Assembly (NCBI GenBank): GCA_963799845.1
Contig: CAWCYI010000004.1
Span: 320,001 to 384,000, forward strand
DNA: 64,000 nt
Reading direction: 5' to 3'
Origin: an uncultured Nitrososphaerota archaeon
GTDB lineage: Archaea > Thermoproteota > Nitrososphaeria > Nitrososphaerales > CADDZS01
Shown: piece by piece, positions 39,279-49,264 of the stretch
Layout of the letters: the number at the start of each line of letters is the position of its first letter
Position numbering within the stretch: position 1 is the first letter of the stretch
Made by a program: the position numbers and the translations under genes
Notes under the pieces: model-generated
What the model was told of the DNA's origin: nothing
Databases searched by the model: none
What the model saw: the letters and a program-made list of their open reading frames with translations, nothing else

Positions 39279-39524
39279 ATGCCAGTGTCTACCTCGTACC
39301 TTCTCATAAACGCTGACCTGGGAGCAGAAGATGATCTGATTCGGACGCTAAAGGAAGTCCCAAATGTCGTTGAAGTGCACATGGTTTACGGCGTGTACGA
39401 TATTATTGCCAAAGTCCAGGCCGGGGATATGGAGACTGTAAAGGCGACGATTACTTCGAAGATCAGAAAACTCGAAAAGGTTAGATCCACTTTGACGATG
39501 ATTGTAGTGAATCCGGGTAGCTGA
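39279..39524 (+). CDS. Stand-alone Lrp/AsnC ligand-binding (RAM) domain
   Basis: V.EVHMVYGVYDIIAKV...IRKL..VRSTLTMI. Confidence 0.92.
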   Translation: MPVSTSYLLINADLGAEDDLIRTLKEVPNVVEVHMVYGVYDIIAKVQAGDMETVKATITSKIRKLEKVRSTLTMIVVNPGS

Positions 39525-39530
39525 CGCGAC

Positions 39531-39779
39531 ATGTTTGATCCCCCTGAAGGATCCAAACTGAAAGAAGAATTAGACTCGTGGCCCTATTTTGAAGCCACTC
39601 TTGGACTTGAGGATCGCGTAATTCTCCGAAAGATGAACGAATCAATCCTTCAATGCGTGAAAGCTATTGAAGTAGTGCTGGAAGGATACGATACCGAGGC
39701 TTAGCTTTTGAGTCATCTGATTCATCAGCAAAAGGTCATAGACTTCCTCGAGCAGAAACTTTGCCCGGCGACTCACTGA
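39531..39779 (+). pseudogene. Small helical-protein gene interrupted by an in-frame TAG
   Basis: 83-codon frame MFDPP...EELDSWPYFEATL..EDR..L..M...DTEA*LLSHLIHQQKVI; TAG at 39702-39704. Confidence 0.45.
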
Positions 39780-40016
39780 GAAATCGTGTCTTTTCTTTGA
39801 TTCTTCTGGAGCCACCCGGCAAACTCTCCGGCTTCTCCAGATATCAGTCGCTTGAGCAATTCTCCACAGGCCGAAAGTAGGCTTCCCCTCTTCATTGAAG
39901 ATTTTGTTGGATTACGACCAGAGTCGAACCCTTTCGAATTTCAAATTGAGGAAAAGTAAGACCAGTAATTAACAGTCATACAAAACGGTCAGATGTTGGA
40001 AAATCAGCCGATAGAA

Positions 40017-40682
40017 TCAGTTCTCGGAATCTTCTGAGTCGACTTTCCTGTAAACAAAGAGCATTGAGCCAACCGCTATGACAACTGCTCCTAATGTTAG
40101 TATAGCCAGCGTCGAAAACCCGCTATAGTCGAATGTTTGAGGTGACGAAGATGGCCCCGCGAGAACTGATGGACTTGAGGTAATCGAAGAATTTCCAGAA
40201 GAAACGATAACGGTTGTGACCGCTGACTCTACGACAGTAATCACAGGAGTTTGAGATTGATTTGTGGAACCGTTTTCACTATTATTCACGGATCCGGAAG
40301 AGAGATTGCCTAGAGACGAGCTCGAGAAAGTTGGTACAGGCCCGTAGGTAGATCCTAAAGAGCTGATTGATGCATTAGATCCATTGCCGCCAACTGAATT
40401 TGTAGGGGCAGGAACACTTGAAGTACTCGCCGCTGCTACAACCGTTGCGGAACTAGAAGTCGAAACAGCCGTCTGAACACTGCTAAGAACAGAAGTGGAC
40501 GAAGCGGACGAACTCGAAAGAGACTGGGCAGAACTCGCAGAATTAACATTGGCCGCCGGGACAAGATACTGAGGTGCCTGCTTCGAGCCAACGATTCCTG
40601 GCCATGAGAGAAAGCCCAACACTATCAACGCAAAGACCACGCCAAGAACAACGTTCAAGACGGGTCTGTCAGGCAATCTCAT
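40017..40682 (-). CDS. Ser/Thr-rich protein with N- and C-terminal TMs
   Basis: Low-complexity S/T core between two hydrophobic helices. Confidence 0.75.
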   Translation of the reverse strand: MRLPDRPVLNVVLGVVFALIVLGFLSWPGIVGSKQAPQYLVPAANVNSASSAQSLSSSSASSTSVLSSVQTAVSTSSSATVVAAASTSSVPAPTNSVGGNGSNASISSLGSTYGPVPTFSSSSLGNLSSGSVNNSENGSTNQSQTPVITVVESAVTTVIVSSGNSSITSSPSVLAGPSSSPQTFDYSGFSTLAILTLGAVVIAVGSMLFVYRKVDSEDSEN

Positions 40683-40762
40683 TTTTCTATCGGCTCCGAT
40701 GTATACACCATAAAAGCTCGTTAAAGGGGTTCATAGTTCTAGTCATCAGAACACTAGCCATT

Positions 40763-41273
40763 TCAGAAGGGTCTCCTCTTCCACGTGCGATATGCTTCGT
40801 ACCATGCGAATACCGAAGCAAAAATGCCAAAAGCAATAGCAAAAAAATTCACATTCTGCTGAAAAAGCAAGACGTATCCCATGAGCAAAGTGGAAAAGAA
40901 AACCGCGTAAAAGATGAAACGTGGTACGAGCAATCGACCTACCTGGGTAAACGCCTGAAGAACGTTCACGTTCACATTCTTGACGATCGTATATTCTCCG
41001 TACTGATTTTTGTCAATCAGCCCTAAACGCATGAGCTTGTCGAGGTGATGATATGCGACACTCGGACTTGAAAGACCTAGAGAACGCTGCAGACTCCCTT
41101 ACCCCAACAGGTTTTGGATTCTTAAGAATGAATAGGTACGCACGGAGGGTTCGTCCTCTCAACTCCGAGTCCGGATCAGAATCGGACGGTACGCCAGATT
41201 GCTTGTCAGGAATTTTTTTCGGTTTTTTGGGAATGTCAGTGCCCGAACCGTCCGGGAGGTCAGAATCTTTCAA
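40763..41273 (-). CDS. Winged-helix regulator with a C-terminal TM pair (frame break near 41093)
   Basis: LRGRTLRAYLFIL...GVRE / LQRSLGLSSPSVAYHHLDKLMRLGLI.K...GEY, then PRFIFYA and 2 TMs. Confidence 0.85.
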
Positions 41274-41422
41274 AATGTTTCATTTCTCAGTTTAGGTTTT
41301 TGGTGGGATTATTCTAAAACCGATGATATATTATGAATTTAGTAGTCTGAGAAGAAATATTTGCCCACCCGTGCAAAACATAAATAGCAAAACTCGGTTG
41401 CTTTAATCACGAATCTATCAAA

Positions 41423-41710
41423 ATGGCGAGAGACAGAGCAATTGGAGCCGCGTTGGTCGTAGGCGCAGTTGTCGGCGTATTCGTCTACGGTTTCTTACTT
41501 TTCTATCCTTTTGGCGCAAACAGCAAGATTGCCCTTTACACGCTTGAAGTCACAGCATTCGTTGCAGTTGTCGGAATCCTTGCAATCCTAGGGTGGATTG
41601 GATATGTTATGGCGACAACCCCGCCGCCGGTCCCATTGGAGCCTGAGCCCGCCCCTACTACCCAGAGTTCGGCGAGCTCCCAAACGACGACTGCTGAAAA
41701 AAAGGCTTAG
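41423..41710 (+). CDS. Conserved archaeal small 2-TM protein
   Basis: MARDRAIG...ILGWIGYVMATTPPP motif. Confidence 0.85.
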   Translation: MARDRAIGAALVVGAVVGVFVYGFLLFYPFGANSKIALYTLEVTAFVAVVGILAILGWIGYVMATTPPPVPLEPEPAPTTQSSASSQTTTAEKKA

Positions 41711-41795
41711 CTTTTCTTCGCCGAATTTGTCTTCTTTATGAGACTTTTTTATACTCGCTTCTAATCGTGATGCAACCGGCGTAGATTTTTCACTT

Positions 41796-42842
41796 TTGGT
41801 TCGGCTCTGGATCGATGCGCTAACTCCGAAACAGGCTCTATTCTCTAAAGCTATGGTCGAAGGCGCCCCTTCTAATTTTGAACTCGTAGTTACGACGAGG
41901 AGTTATTCGGAGCTCAACAGATTTCTACGGAGGATCACTCTAGAATCCGTTTCACTCGGAAGACACGGCGGTGGGGATCTACTTGAAAAACTAAAGGCGA
42001 GTGTGGCTAGGGAAAAGGAACTAATTTCATTTGCCGAGAAATCAAACTTTGATTATTCTTTTTCCTTCATTTCACCAGAGGCAGCCCGGGTCAGTTTTGG
42101 ATTAGGTCTATCGCACTTCATCTCCAGTGATTCGCCCCATGCCAGCGCTCCATCGAGACTCGCAGTTCCTCTCTCAAGACTATTGTTCACACCGTTTCCT
42201 ATTCTGAGAGAAAGATGGACCCAGTACGGACTGAGAAAAAGCCAAGTTTCAAGATACCATGCGCTGGATCCGTGGGCTTGGCTAAAGGATTCAAAGTTTA
42301 GAGCATCCCCGCAGGTCAAGGGGAAAATCTTGATCAGACTAGAAGAGTGGTTTGCTTCCTACTTCAGGCAGGGAAAAGGGATCTCATCGATGTTGCCGAA
42401 GCTACTCGACGGAATTCACAAACTTGGCGATTTCGAAATCACACTGGTTCCAAGGTATGAAGAACAACGAGATTGGGCGAGACGGATGTTTGGGAAGATG
42501 GCGACTGTTCCCTCAGATGCGATAGATGGAGTGGAAGAGGTCAGCAAAACGGATCTCCTTATCGGCGGGGGTGCAACGATGACACAGGAAGCTGCTCTCC
42601 TAGGTGTGCCCAATATTTCCTATTTTCCCTCGGCGGAACTTGACGTTTTTTCCGAGTACTACTTTCCAAAGAAATTATCTGTGGAAGCACGTAATCCGTC
42701 GATACTTCTCAGGAAGACTTTCGAAATCTTGAAAAATCTTGATTCAGAAAAGAAAGATTTCATAGAAAGAGCGCATAATGAGACTTCCACTTTTGAAGAT
42801 CCAATAAGATATGTTTTCGATCATCTGCCTGAACCTAACTAA
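41796..42842 (+). CDS. DUF354 family protein (GT-B-like)
   Basis: WIDALTPKQ..F, TTR.Y.E, GRHGG..L.EKL, SPEAARVSFGLG, GGGATMTQEAALLGVP. Confidence 0.9.
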   Translation: MVRLWIDALTPKQALFSKAMVEGAPSNFELVVTTRSYSELNRFLRRITLESVSLGRHGGGDLLEKLKASVAREKELISFAEKSNFDYSFSFISPEAARVSFGLGLSHFISSDSPHASAPSRLAVPLSRLLFTPFPILRERWTQYGLRKSQVSRYHALDPWAWLKDSKFRASPQVKGKILIRLEEWFASYFRQGKGISSMLPKLLDGIHKLGDFEITLVPRYEEQRDWARRMFGKMATVPSDAIDGVEEVSKTDLLIGGGATMTQEAALLGVPNISYFPSAELDVFSEYYFPKKLSVEARNPSILLRKTFEILKNLDSEKKDFIERAHNETSTFEDPIRYVFDHLPEPN

Positions 42843-42869
42843 TGCGTCTACGATCTCTGGGAGACAACA

Positions 42870-44081
42870 ATGATTCCTATCGTCGGGACTGTAGCTTCGG
42901 TCATCTCCTTACTTTCTGTCTTGGGTTCGGTATCGATTCTCATCTATCTTTTGACAACGGAGCTGGAAGCTCCCAAATTCACCCACCAATCAAGTGCAAA
43001 AACGCAAAATGGAACACCGATGTCAAAAGTTTCTGTCATTGTCACGGCACGAAACGAAGAACAAATGATCGAGAATTGTCTGAATTCTCTAGCTAGTCAG
43101 ACTTCCAAGAATATGGAAATAATAGTTGTCGATGATTCTTCAACAGACCGGACGGCTGAAATCGTCACAATAGCAATGTCGAGGGACGATAAATTGCGTC
43201 TAATCCATGCAGGTCAGAAACCAGAAGGATGGGTTGGCAAGAGCTGGCCTTGCTGGAGGGGATTTGAAGAGTCGAGAGGAGATTTCCTCTTGTTTGTTGA
43301 TGCAGATTCTACGTTTGAAGCGACGGTTGTTGAGCGTAGCCTTTCCTATGCAACCAGAGAATCAATCGACGTGTTTTCTCTCTCCCCTAGAATCAAAGTG
43401 CATAGCGTGTGGGCAAAGACTGTCCTTCCGCTCGTCTCCGGCGCGATCAATTTTCTCTATCCGATGAAGAAAGTGAACGATAAGAAAAGCAAGAGAGCGT
43501 ACGTATTTGGCACCTTTATCCTTGTAAGAAAAAGTGTGTACGAGAAAACAGGAGGACATAAGCAGGTCCGGGATCAAATTGTCGAGGACGCCGCGATTGC
43601 GCAGCTTGTGAAATCTTTGGGATTTAACTTGAGAATCGAAAGGGGACCAGAATTCCTTTCGACGGAGTGGGAAAATGATCTTGGAAACATCTTCAACGGT
43701 TTGGAACGGGTGACTTCGACTTCCATCAAAACTTATGGATTGAAATCGATTCTGAACGCTGTCCTTCTATTTTTCCTCATAATCTATCCAATAATATTTC
43801 TTCTTGCGTTTCTCGCGAGTCGCAATTTCAATGAAATTCTTGTTCTAGGAGCAATTGCAAGTTTATTGAACGTCATAGTTTTCATGAGCCTAGGTGCTTT
43901 TGAGATGAAAACGGTTACAGGAAAAATCGGGCCATCAATTTTCATTTATTTCCTAGGTGGAATCATTTTCATTACGGCTATTATTACAACTTCTTTCAAA
44001 GTCGCGCTCGGGAAGGGAATCTACTGGAAGGGCCAAGGTTACAACCAGTCGCCTAACCGATCTATCAAAGAAAGGAGTTGA
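42870..44081 (+). CDS. Family 2 glycosyltransferase (HpnB/CrtQ-like)
   Basis: ARNEE, VVDDSSTDRT, PEGWVGK.W.C, FVDAD, GGH..V...IVED, WKG. Confidence 0.9.
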   Translation: MIPIVGTVASVISLLSVLGSVSILIYLLTTELEAPKFTHQSSAKTQNGTPMSKVSVIVTARNEEQMIENCLNSLASQTSKNMEIIVVDDSSTDRTAEIVTIAMSRDDKLRLIHAGQKPEGWVGKSWPCWRGFEESRGDFLLFVDADSTFEATVVERSLSYATRESIDVFSLSPRIKVHSVWAKTVLPLVSGAINFLYPMKKVNDKKSKRAYVFGTFILVRKSVYEKTGGHKQVRDQIVEDAAIAQLVKSLGFNLRIERGPEFLSTEWENDLGNIFNGLERVTSTSIKTYGLKSILNAVLLFFLIIYPIIFLLAFLASRNFNEILVLGAIASLLNVIVFMSLGAFEMKTVTGKIGPSIFIYFLGGIIFITAIITTSFKVALGKGIYWKGQGYNQSPNRSIKERS

Positions 44082-44143
44082 ACAAGTTTCGAAGCGATTT
44101 AAGCGAATACCTCATTAACAGCCAATTATCTATTTTCAGAAAA

Positions 44144-44369
44144 ATGGATATCAAGAAAGCTCCTCTCTTAGACAAAGAGCTGACGAAAGAAGAGAGTCGA
44201 AACAGTACTCAGGGCACTCGGAATGTATCAAATTCATTTGTATGATGAAATGAAACTAAAACCAGAATCCGTTGCTACTCTTCAATTAGAATCGAAACGT
44301 ACTTCTCAAGCGATCAAGAAAATTCATGGTACAATAGAACAGAAAGGAAACAGCGAAATAAGCGGTTGA
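44144..44369 (+). CDS. Possible small helical protein with a +1 frame break near 44195
   Basis: MDIKKAPLLDKELTKEE / VETVLRALGMYQIHLYDEMK... reads through if one base is removed. Confidence 0.35.
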
Positions 44370-44370
44370 C

Positions 44371-46581
44371 CTATTGATTTTTTGAGGAAGATTCGACGGG
44401 TTCCAAATCTCCATGGCTCTTATTTGCTTTTGTCAAGTTTCTAAAGTAGAAGTTTTCAGCATATTCTGTGACCATTCTGCTCGAGCTGAATCTTGGAGTA
44501 AGACTCGACATTGAATGCTTTATCCTGTCTATCCACTTCAAGGGAACACCGTTAGTTCTCTCATAGTATTCCGGAATTACATGGTTTTGCAAGATATCGA
44601 ACAACGACTCGGCATCTTGTCTGTCTTGTAAAATTGGATTTGATGTGTCGGCGCCCGTTCCAATAGCCCACCCATTCGAAGGAGTATAAGCCTCATCCCA
44701 CCAACCATCGAGGATACTCAGGTTGAGCCCGCCGTTGCAGAGGACCTTCATCCCACTGGTTCCAGAAGCTTCCAGAGGTCGCCGCGGATTATTCAGCCAG
44801 AGATCAACTCCCTGAACCATATTTCTAGCGACCGTGATGTCGTAATCTTGCAGAAAAACAATTTTCCCAATCGCCAAATCCCTGTTTGCAAATGAAATAA
44901 TCTCCTGAATTAACTTCTTCCCATCGTGATCTCTGGGATGAGCTTTCCCGGAGAAAACAAACTGCACCGGTCTCTCCTTGTCCAAGAGTAACTGTTCCAG
45001 TCGGGAGTGGTCCGAAAATAACAAGGTCGCCCGTTTGTAAGTGGCAAACCTACGCGCGAATCCAATCGTCAGGGCTTGTTGATTCAAAGAAGGGCGAACG
45101 GTTGGAACTTTCCGGCTGACATATTCCATGAGACGAATCTTTGCTTCAATTCTTGCTTTCCATAGTTTCTCAGCAGGGATTTGTGATATCGGGCGCCACA
45201 CACTCTGCTTCCAAGTTTCGCTCACCCAACTCTTGCCAAGATATTCATCGAGAAGATTTGCCATAGAGTCGGAAATCCACGAAGGTACGTGAACGCCATT
45301 CGTGACCGAGCGCATTCGCGGGCCTGCCCTTGAAGTACCTTTCACCTTGTGGTCTTGATCCTCAAAATCGAAATCCTCCTCCGACAGAACCCTTTCCCAG
45401 AGTTTTCGGGCAACATGCCTGTGCAGGTTTGAAACTCCGTTAATCATCGAGGAGCTTCTGATCGCTAGAACCGCCATGTTGAATCCCGAAGATTCTGGCA
45501 TTTCCTGACCTAGAGAAAATAGGTCATCCATGCTTATCCCTAGTCTTTTTGGATATTGTGAAAGATAATGTTCAATTTGTCCTCGCGTGAAAATATCAAT
45601 TCCAGCTGGCACGGGCGTGTGAGTCGTGAACACACCCGAATTCCTGATAATGGAGCGTGCTTCCGCAAATGATCTCTTAACTTCCTTGTCTTCGAGAACC
45701 TCGGCCATCCTTTCCAGGGCTACAAAACTCGAATGACCTTCATTCATATGATAGACCGAGGGCCTTATGCCGTGCAAACGTAGAAATTTCGCCCCGCCGA
45801 AACCGAGAATTATTTCCTGTTTGATTCTTGTGTCAGTATCTCCTCCGTAAAGCTCTGCTGTGATTTCGCAGTCCTCAGACGAATTCTGACTAGGGATATT
45901 CGTGTCCAAAAGATACAGCGGAATTTTTCCAATTTGAGCTCTCCAAGCTCTTACTTTCACCTCACGATCAGCCAGGGAAACCGAAAAAATAAGAGGGTCT
46001 TCCGAGTCTGACTTCAGGACTGATTCGATTGGAAGCATTGATGGATCATTAGTCGGATAATGCTCCACCTGCCATCCGTCTGAATTGATTACTTGGGAGA
46101 AATACCCCTTCTTGTAGAAGAGTCCGACTCCGACAAGCGGAACACAAAGGTCTGAGGCAGACTTTAGATGATCGCCAGATAGCACGCCGAGCCCCCCGGA
46201 GTATATCTTGAGAAAAGATGCTACTCCAAATTCAGCTGAAAAATATGCGACGAGACCCCCATTCACAGGATCTTCGAACGTTTGCTTAAACCAGCAATTC
46301 GCATTCTCTGACAGATAGTTGTCTTGCAGCGCCGACAGTACTTCCAGCTTTGAAATAAACCCTGAATCGGACTTCAGTTCTTCAAGCCTGGCCGACGAAA
46401 CCGCATTTAGTAACGCCACTGAATTATGATTAGTTTCTTCCCAGAGGACCGGATCAATTGTCTCGAAAAGATTCCTGAGATGCCTATTCCACGTAGAGTA
46501 GAGGTTTGAGGCTAAAAATCCCAGAGCTTCGAGTTCCTTCGGTAATATTGGAATATTGTGAATTTTCTTCGAAGAAATCAA
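44371..46581 (-). CDS. glgP: Alpha-glucan (glycogen/maltodextrin) phosphorylase
   Basis: AYFSAEFG, YSGGLGVLSGD, HMNEGH, FTTHTPVPAG, FARRFATYKR, EASGTSGMK (PLP Lys). Confidence 0.96.
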   Translation of the reverse strand: MISSKKIHNIPILPKELEALGFLASNLYSTWNRHLRNLFETIDPVLWEETNHNSVALLNAVSSARLEELKSDSGFISKLEVLSALQDNYLSENANCWFKQTFEDPVNGGLVAYFSAEFGVASFLKIYSGGLGVLSGDHLKSASDLCVPLVGVGLFYKKGYFSQVINSDGWQVEHYPTNDPSMLPIESVLKSDSEDPLIFSVSLADREVKVRAWRAQIGKIPLYLLDTNIPSQNSSEDCEITAELYGGDTDTRIKQEIILGFGGAKFLRLHGIRPSVYHMNEGHSSFVALERMAEVLEDKEVKRSFAEARSIIRNSGVFTTHTPVPAGIDIFTRGQIEHYLSQYPKRLGISMDDLFSLGQEMPESSGFNMAVLAIRSSSMINGVSNLHRHVARKLWERVLSEEDFDFEDQDHKVKGTSRAGPRMRSVTNGVHVPSWISDSMANLLDEYLGKSWVSETWKQSVWRPISQIPAEKLWKARIEAKIRLMEYVSRKVPTVRPSLNQQALTIGFARRFATYKRATLLFSDHSRLEQLLLDKERPVQFVFSGKAHPRDHDGKKLIQEIISFANRDLAIGKIVFLQDYDITVARNMVQGVDLWLNNPRRPLEASGTSGMKVLCNGGLNLSILDGWWDEAYTPSNGWAIGTGADTSNPILQDRQDAESLFDILQNHVIPEYYERTNGVPLKWIDRIKHSMSSLTPRFSSSRMVTEYAENFYFRNLTKANKSHGDLEPVESSSKNQ

Positions 46582-47106
46582 AGATCGCGGCTAACGCTCT
46601 GAAAAGAATCCACCGAGAATCGATAATATAGTTTTAGAATCAAGGTTGTGTCCAGCTTGACAGATCTACTCAGTGCAGAGATTTTCGTAGTATCGGCAAA
46701 TGTAGAATTCTTTTATGAATTCTGAAACCCATTTCTCCGGATCAACAATTGTTCCATATGTCACCCGAATGTCGAAGTACCGAATTTTTCTTTCGGACTC
46801 CCTTTCGTGTGAGAAGAACGTTGTGTTCTCAGGCGGAAGTGGATCCGAGAAACAAATGAAATAATAATCGCGCTGAATCAGTTTCCGAACAATTGGCATT
46901 CCTCAGAATTTTTGTTTCTCAAGCATTTCGTCATCAGAAAACGAAAATTAAGTTAGGTCGTTTGTCTGCCACTAAATTAACGTGAATAGCTTAGATTCCA
47001 TGTTATCCTAGAGAGCGTTTATATTGCAGTTTTCATTGATTCATTAAGAAAAAATTTTTCTGCGTTTCACACGCGGGCGTGCTTTTTCACTGAAGAGTGA
47101 CGTTCA

Positions 47107-47164
47107 AGCTCTGTAAGCTCAGAAGAGCTCGTTTCGAGCTGAATGGAGCTTAGAGAGCTCAGAA
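47107..47164. repeat. Six AGCT-containing units spaced 9-11 bp apart in a long intergenic region
   Basis: AGCT at 47107, 47116, 47126, 47137, 47147 and 47156; AGCTCAGAA twice; AGCTCG-TTT-CGAGCT inverted repeat. Confidence 0.7.
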
Positions 47165-47447
47165 CGAATTGAACGGAGGCATGAAGAAAGTTGTGACGGA
47201 GAGGGGCCCCTAGGGGAGTTCTGCAACCGTGCACGTGTACTCTGCAGATTGCTTTCTAACAGCTCGTTTCACTTAGTCTGAAGCTCGAACAACCGAGTTC
47301 ATACAACTTGAAATCACCAAGCATCGGAGTGACTTCTATATTTTCATGAAAAAGATCAAGCTCGGCAAAATCTTTGTCATATTTCAGACTTCAGAAATTT
47401 GGTCCAAATGCACGACTTTACTGATTTGCAACTTAGACTATTTTCCG

Positions 47448-48323
47448 TCAGATTATTGAGCTGATTATCATTCCGCCAAAAAGGATGAAGAGATATGGAA
47501 GCGATATCAGAAATGCCCTGAACCCATTATCAACCGTGGGATTTTTCAGCATGCGATAATCAACCACGACGAATGCGGCGCCCATCACTATCGCAACAGC
47601 ATAGTAGAATACATCGAAGGTTCCGAGGGCGTGGATCGCGAGCGGAAGTATCGAGAACACTAGGAGAGGAATAGTTGACCAGACTATCCAGTTGATCACC
47701 TCCTTCTGATTTTTCACGACCGGAAGCATCGGGTATCCGGATCTTACGTAATCATCCTTGAATTTCAAAGACAGCCCCCAGAAGTGTGGGGGCGTCCACA
47801 GGAAAACAAGCAAGCCTATGAATATTGAAGGCCATCCGATGCTGTTTCTTATAGCGGCCCAACCCGCGAGCGCCGGGAATACTCCGGCAATTCCACCGAT
47901 CACGATATTCCAGTACGTTCTCGGTTTTAGATAAAGCGTGTACAGGAAAAGGTAGGAAACACTTCCCAGAAAAATCATCAATGCCGTAACGAAGTTAAAC
48001 AGGAAAAACGCGACGGTGAGCCCTAGGCCTATTGATACTACTCCAAAAATCAGCGCGTTCATGGGGGCAATTCTATTGGTCGCAACTGGACGCTGGTCAG
48101 TCCGGCTCATCAATTTGTCTTTGTTTCTTTCAAGATAGTGATTGAGCGCGGCAGAGCCTCCAGACGACAGAATTCCTGCGACGGTGATTCCTGCTATCGC
48201 ACCGAGCTGGGTCGATCTGCCGCCCGCTACAATCATGGCGGTGATGGCTTCCAGAACTAGAAGCACCATTATGCCGGGCTTCGTCAGCTGAACGTATTTT
48301 GTGATGGTTTCCTGCAGTTGCAT
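47448..48323 (-). CDS. cyoE: Heme O synthase (protoheme IX farnesyltransferase)
   Basis: LTKP, N.YLER.KD.LM.RT..RP, YTLYLKPRT..NIVIGG, WTPPHFW, DDY...G.PMLP. Confidence 0.95.
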   Translation of the reverse strand: MQLQETITKYVQLTKPGIMVLLVLEAITAMIVAGGRSTQLGAIAGITVAGILSSGGSAALNHYLERNKDKLMSRTDQRPVATNRIAPMNALIFGVVSIGLGLTVAFFLFNFVTALMIFLGSVSYLFLYTLYLKPRTYWNIVIGGIAGVFPALAGWAAIRNSIGWPSIFIGLLVFLWTPPHFWGLSLKFKDDYVRSGYPMLPVVKNQKEVINWIVWSTIPLLVFSILPLAIHALGTFDVFYYAVAIVMGAAFVVVDYRMLKNPTVDNGFRAFLISLPYLFILFGGMIISSII

Positions 48324-48335
48324 CTGTGAGCACTT

Positions 48336-49238
48336 CTAAACGGTACAACCGAGCAAAATGGTCCTGATACTTTTAGCCTGCCAAAATATCGACCCCAGAA
48401 GTAAGGGAATGGACAGCACAATGATTACCGGCTGATACTGTGAAATTACGAGCGAGAAGGCAGTCGCTCCGCTCCCTGCAATCATCGATAGGAAAAAGAC
48501 GGCCGCGCATGTCGGACAGCCAGCAAACAGCCCGAATGCAGCACCGAGAGCTCCTCCCATTAAAGAACTCTTACGAAATTGTGGTGAAACTTTCGACTCT
48601 TGTTTCAACGATCTCGTTTTTCTTACCGAGACAACAATAAGCGAAACATTCACTCCGACCAGTAACGATACAAGCACCATAATCAGAACTGAAATTGGTA
48701 TTAGCTGAATCCCAAAGTGCTGGGCCGGAAAGTAGACCAGACCAACCGGGATGTATCCTGGAGGACCACAACAAGTTTCGACGAAGGCCGAAGGGTTAGC
48801 AACGCCGTACGCGGAAGGGAAATCAACTGTAGGTTGATAAATCAAGATTGCGTCCACAAAGGCAAAGAATATTCCATAAACGATTCCGGAAATAGCAATG
48901 ATCAGCCCTTGTTGAAAAACCGCATCCGAGATAATTCTCCTTATGCTCCAGCTTACTCGCGAATTGCTGTCGACGGACATCGGTCTCCTTCTTTGAGCTT
49001 GAAGAAAAGACAATGCGCCGTACAATATGAGAATAGATCCAGCACACAACAGAACTAGCGACAAATCAGGGTAAAATGGTGAGGAATCAGAAGTGAGGAA
49101 CGCCGATTTGTTTTCAGCGTAAATAACATTCAAAGCGATAAAAAAAAACAATGCTACAACTAACGAAAGCTTTGCCCCAAGATAATTTTGCGTGGTACTT
49201 TTCTCTTGTTTCTGTTCATTCGATATATTCTCACTCAA
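48336..49238 (-). CDS. Multi-TM membrane protein with CCGPPG and CPTC motifs
   Basis: About 6 TMs; ETCCGPPGYIP and GLFAGCPTCA; lies 12 bp upstream of cyoE. Confidence 0.8.
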   Translation of the reverse strand: MSENISNEQKQEKSTTQNYLGAKLSLVVALFFFIALNVIYAENKSAFLTSDSSPFYPDLSLVLLCAGSILILYGALSFLQAQRRRPMSVDSNSRVSWSIRRIISDAVFQQGLIIAISGIVYGIFFAFVDAILIYQPTVDFPSAYGVANPSAFVETCCGPPGYIPVGLVYFPAQHFGIQLIPISVLIMVLVSLLVGVNVSLIVVSVRKTRSLKQESKVSPQFRKSSLMGGALGAAFGLFAGCPTCAAVFFLSMIAGSGATAFSLVISQYQPVIIVLSIPLLLGSIFWQAKSIRTILLGCTV

Positions 49239-49264
49239 TTCGACGCACTCAGCTTGAAAAGAGC

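Noticed and set aside
46666-46899. 77-aa ORF upstream of glgP
   Set aside because: No motif and atypical composition; it cannot be distinguished from chance.
47060-47400. CRISPR array, ORB boxes, or SRP/RNase P RNA in the long intergenic region
   Set aside because: Units are about 10 bp with no spacers. TTTTCACTGAAG is only a weak ORB resemblance and there is no adjacent cdc6. No SRP or RNase P signature motifs were recognised.
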